Program-made: the position numbers and the translations under genes | In this document: positions 63,859-64,000 of the stretch, piece by piece | Position numbering within the stretch: position 1 is the stretch's first letter | Layout of the letters: every line of letters starts with the position of its first letter | The notes under the pieces: model-generated | What the model was told of the DNA's origin: nothing | Database searches by the model: none | What the model saw: the letters and a program-made list of their open reading frames with translations, nothing else | IMG/VR virus record: IMGVR_UViG_3300042560_001229 | Span: 17,220-81,219 of that record | Reading direction: 5' to 3' (one strand) | From: a virus | DNA: 64,000 nt

Positions 63859-64000
63859 CGACAGTTCCTCGCCAATCTCTCTAACTGGCTCGAAAGCCAA
63901 GCGGCCAACTTTCACGAAGGCCGTCCCACCCTCTAAAATCCTACCCATCGAAATTATGAAAAAGACCCACACAACCTACGTCGGAACCTTTGTAAAAGTC

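Overview
A 64-kb segment of a large, GC-rich tailed dsDNA phage, siphovirus-like (tail tube and tape measure present, no sheath seen), with essentially all genes on the + strand. Gene order: terminase large subunit (5'-truncated); about 9 kb of small early-type genes with an ATP-dependent DNA ligase, a structured ncRNA and GroES; HK97-type portal; a 1165-aa MuF/gp7 head protein fused to GNAT-like, kinase-like and ADP-ribosyltransferase-like domains; a topoisomerase IB with a repeated N-terminal NPNHDPxTGRFTS tag; prohead protease; fibre genes; a lysis cassette (PAS protein, holins, u-spanin-like protein, CHAP endolysin); major capsid; neck and tail genes with a -1 chaperone frameshift; early genes including a Ycf46-like AAA/DUF1257/DUF2997 module; and a replication-recombination block (initiator fragment with iteron-like repeats, DnaB, UDG-like-fused PolA, primase, SSB, SF2 helicase, RecA, nucleases). 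No integrase, CRISPR array or canonical tRNA was seen. Four patterns are not explained by the gene list: (1) at least 29 copies of a 17-bp near-palindrome TTTG(C/A)AAC(A/T)GTTGCAAA, in promoters and inside genes in all three frames; (2) a repeated promoter cassette TTGACnACGAATC..-10..ATGAAATCCACC that predicts leaderless 'MKST' transcripts; (3) a shared basic-RxRRLE(F/W/I) terminal peptide on many unrelated proteins; (4) a ~390-nt GNRA-rich RNA with two nested Ala/tmRNA-like T-arm and acceptor modules. All assignments are by-eye motif recognition; no searches were run.
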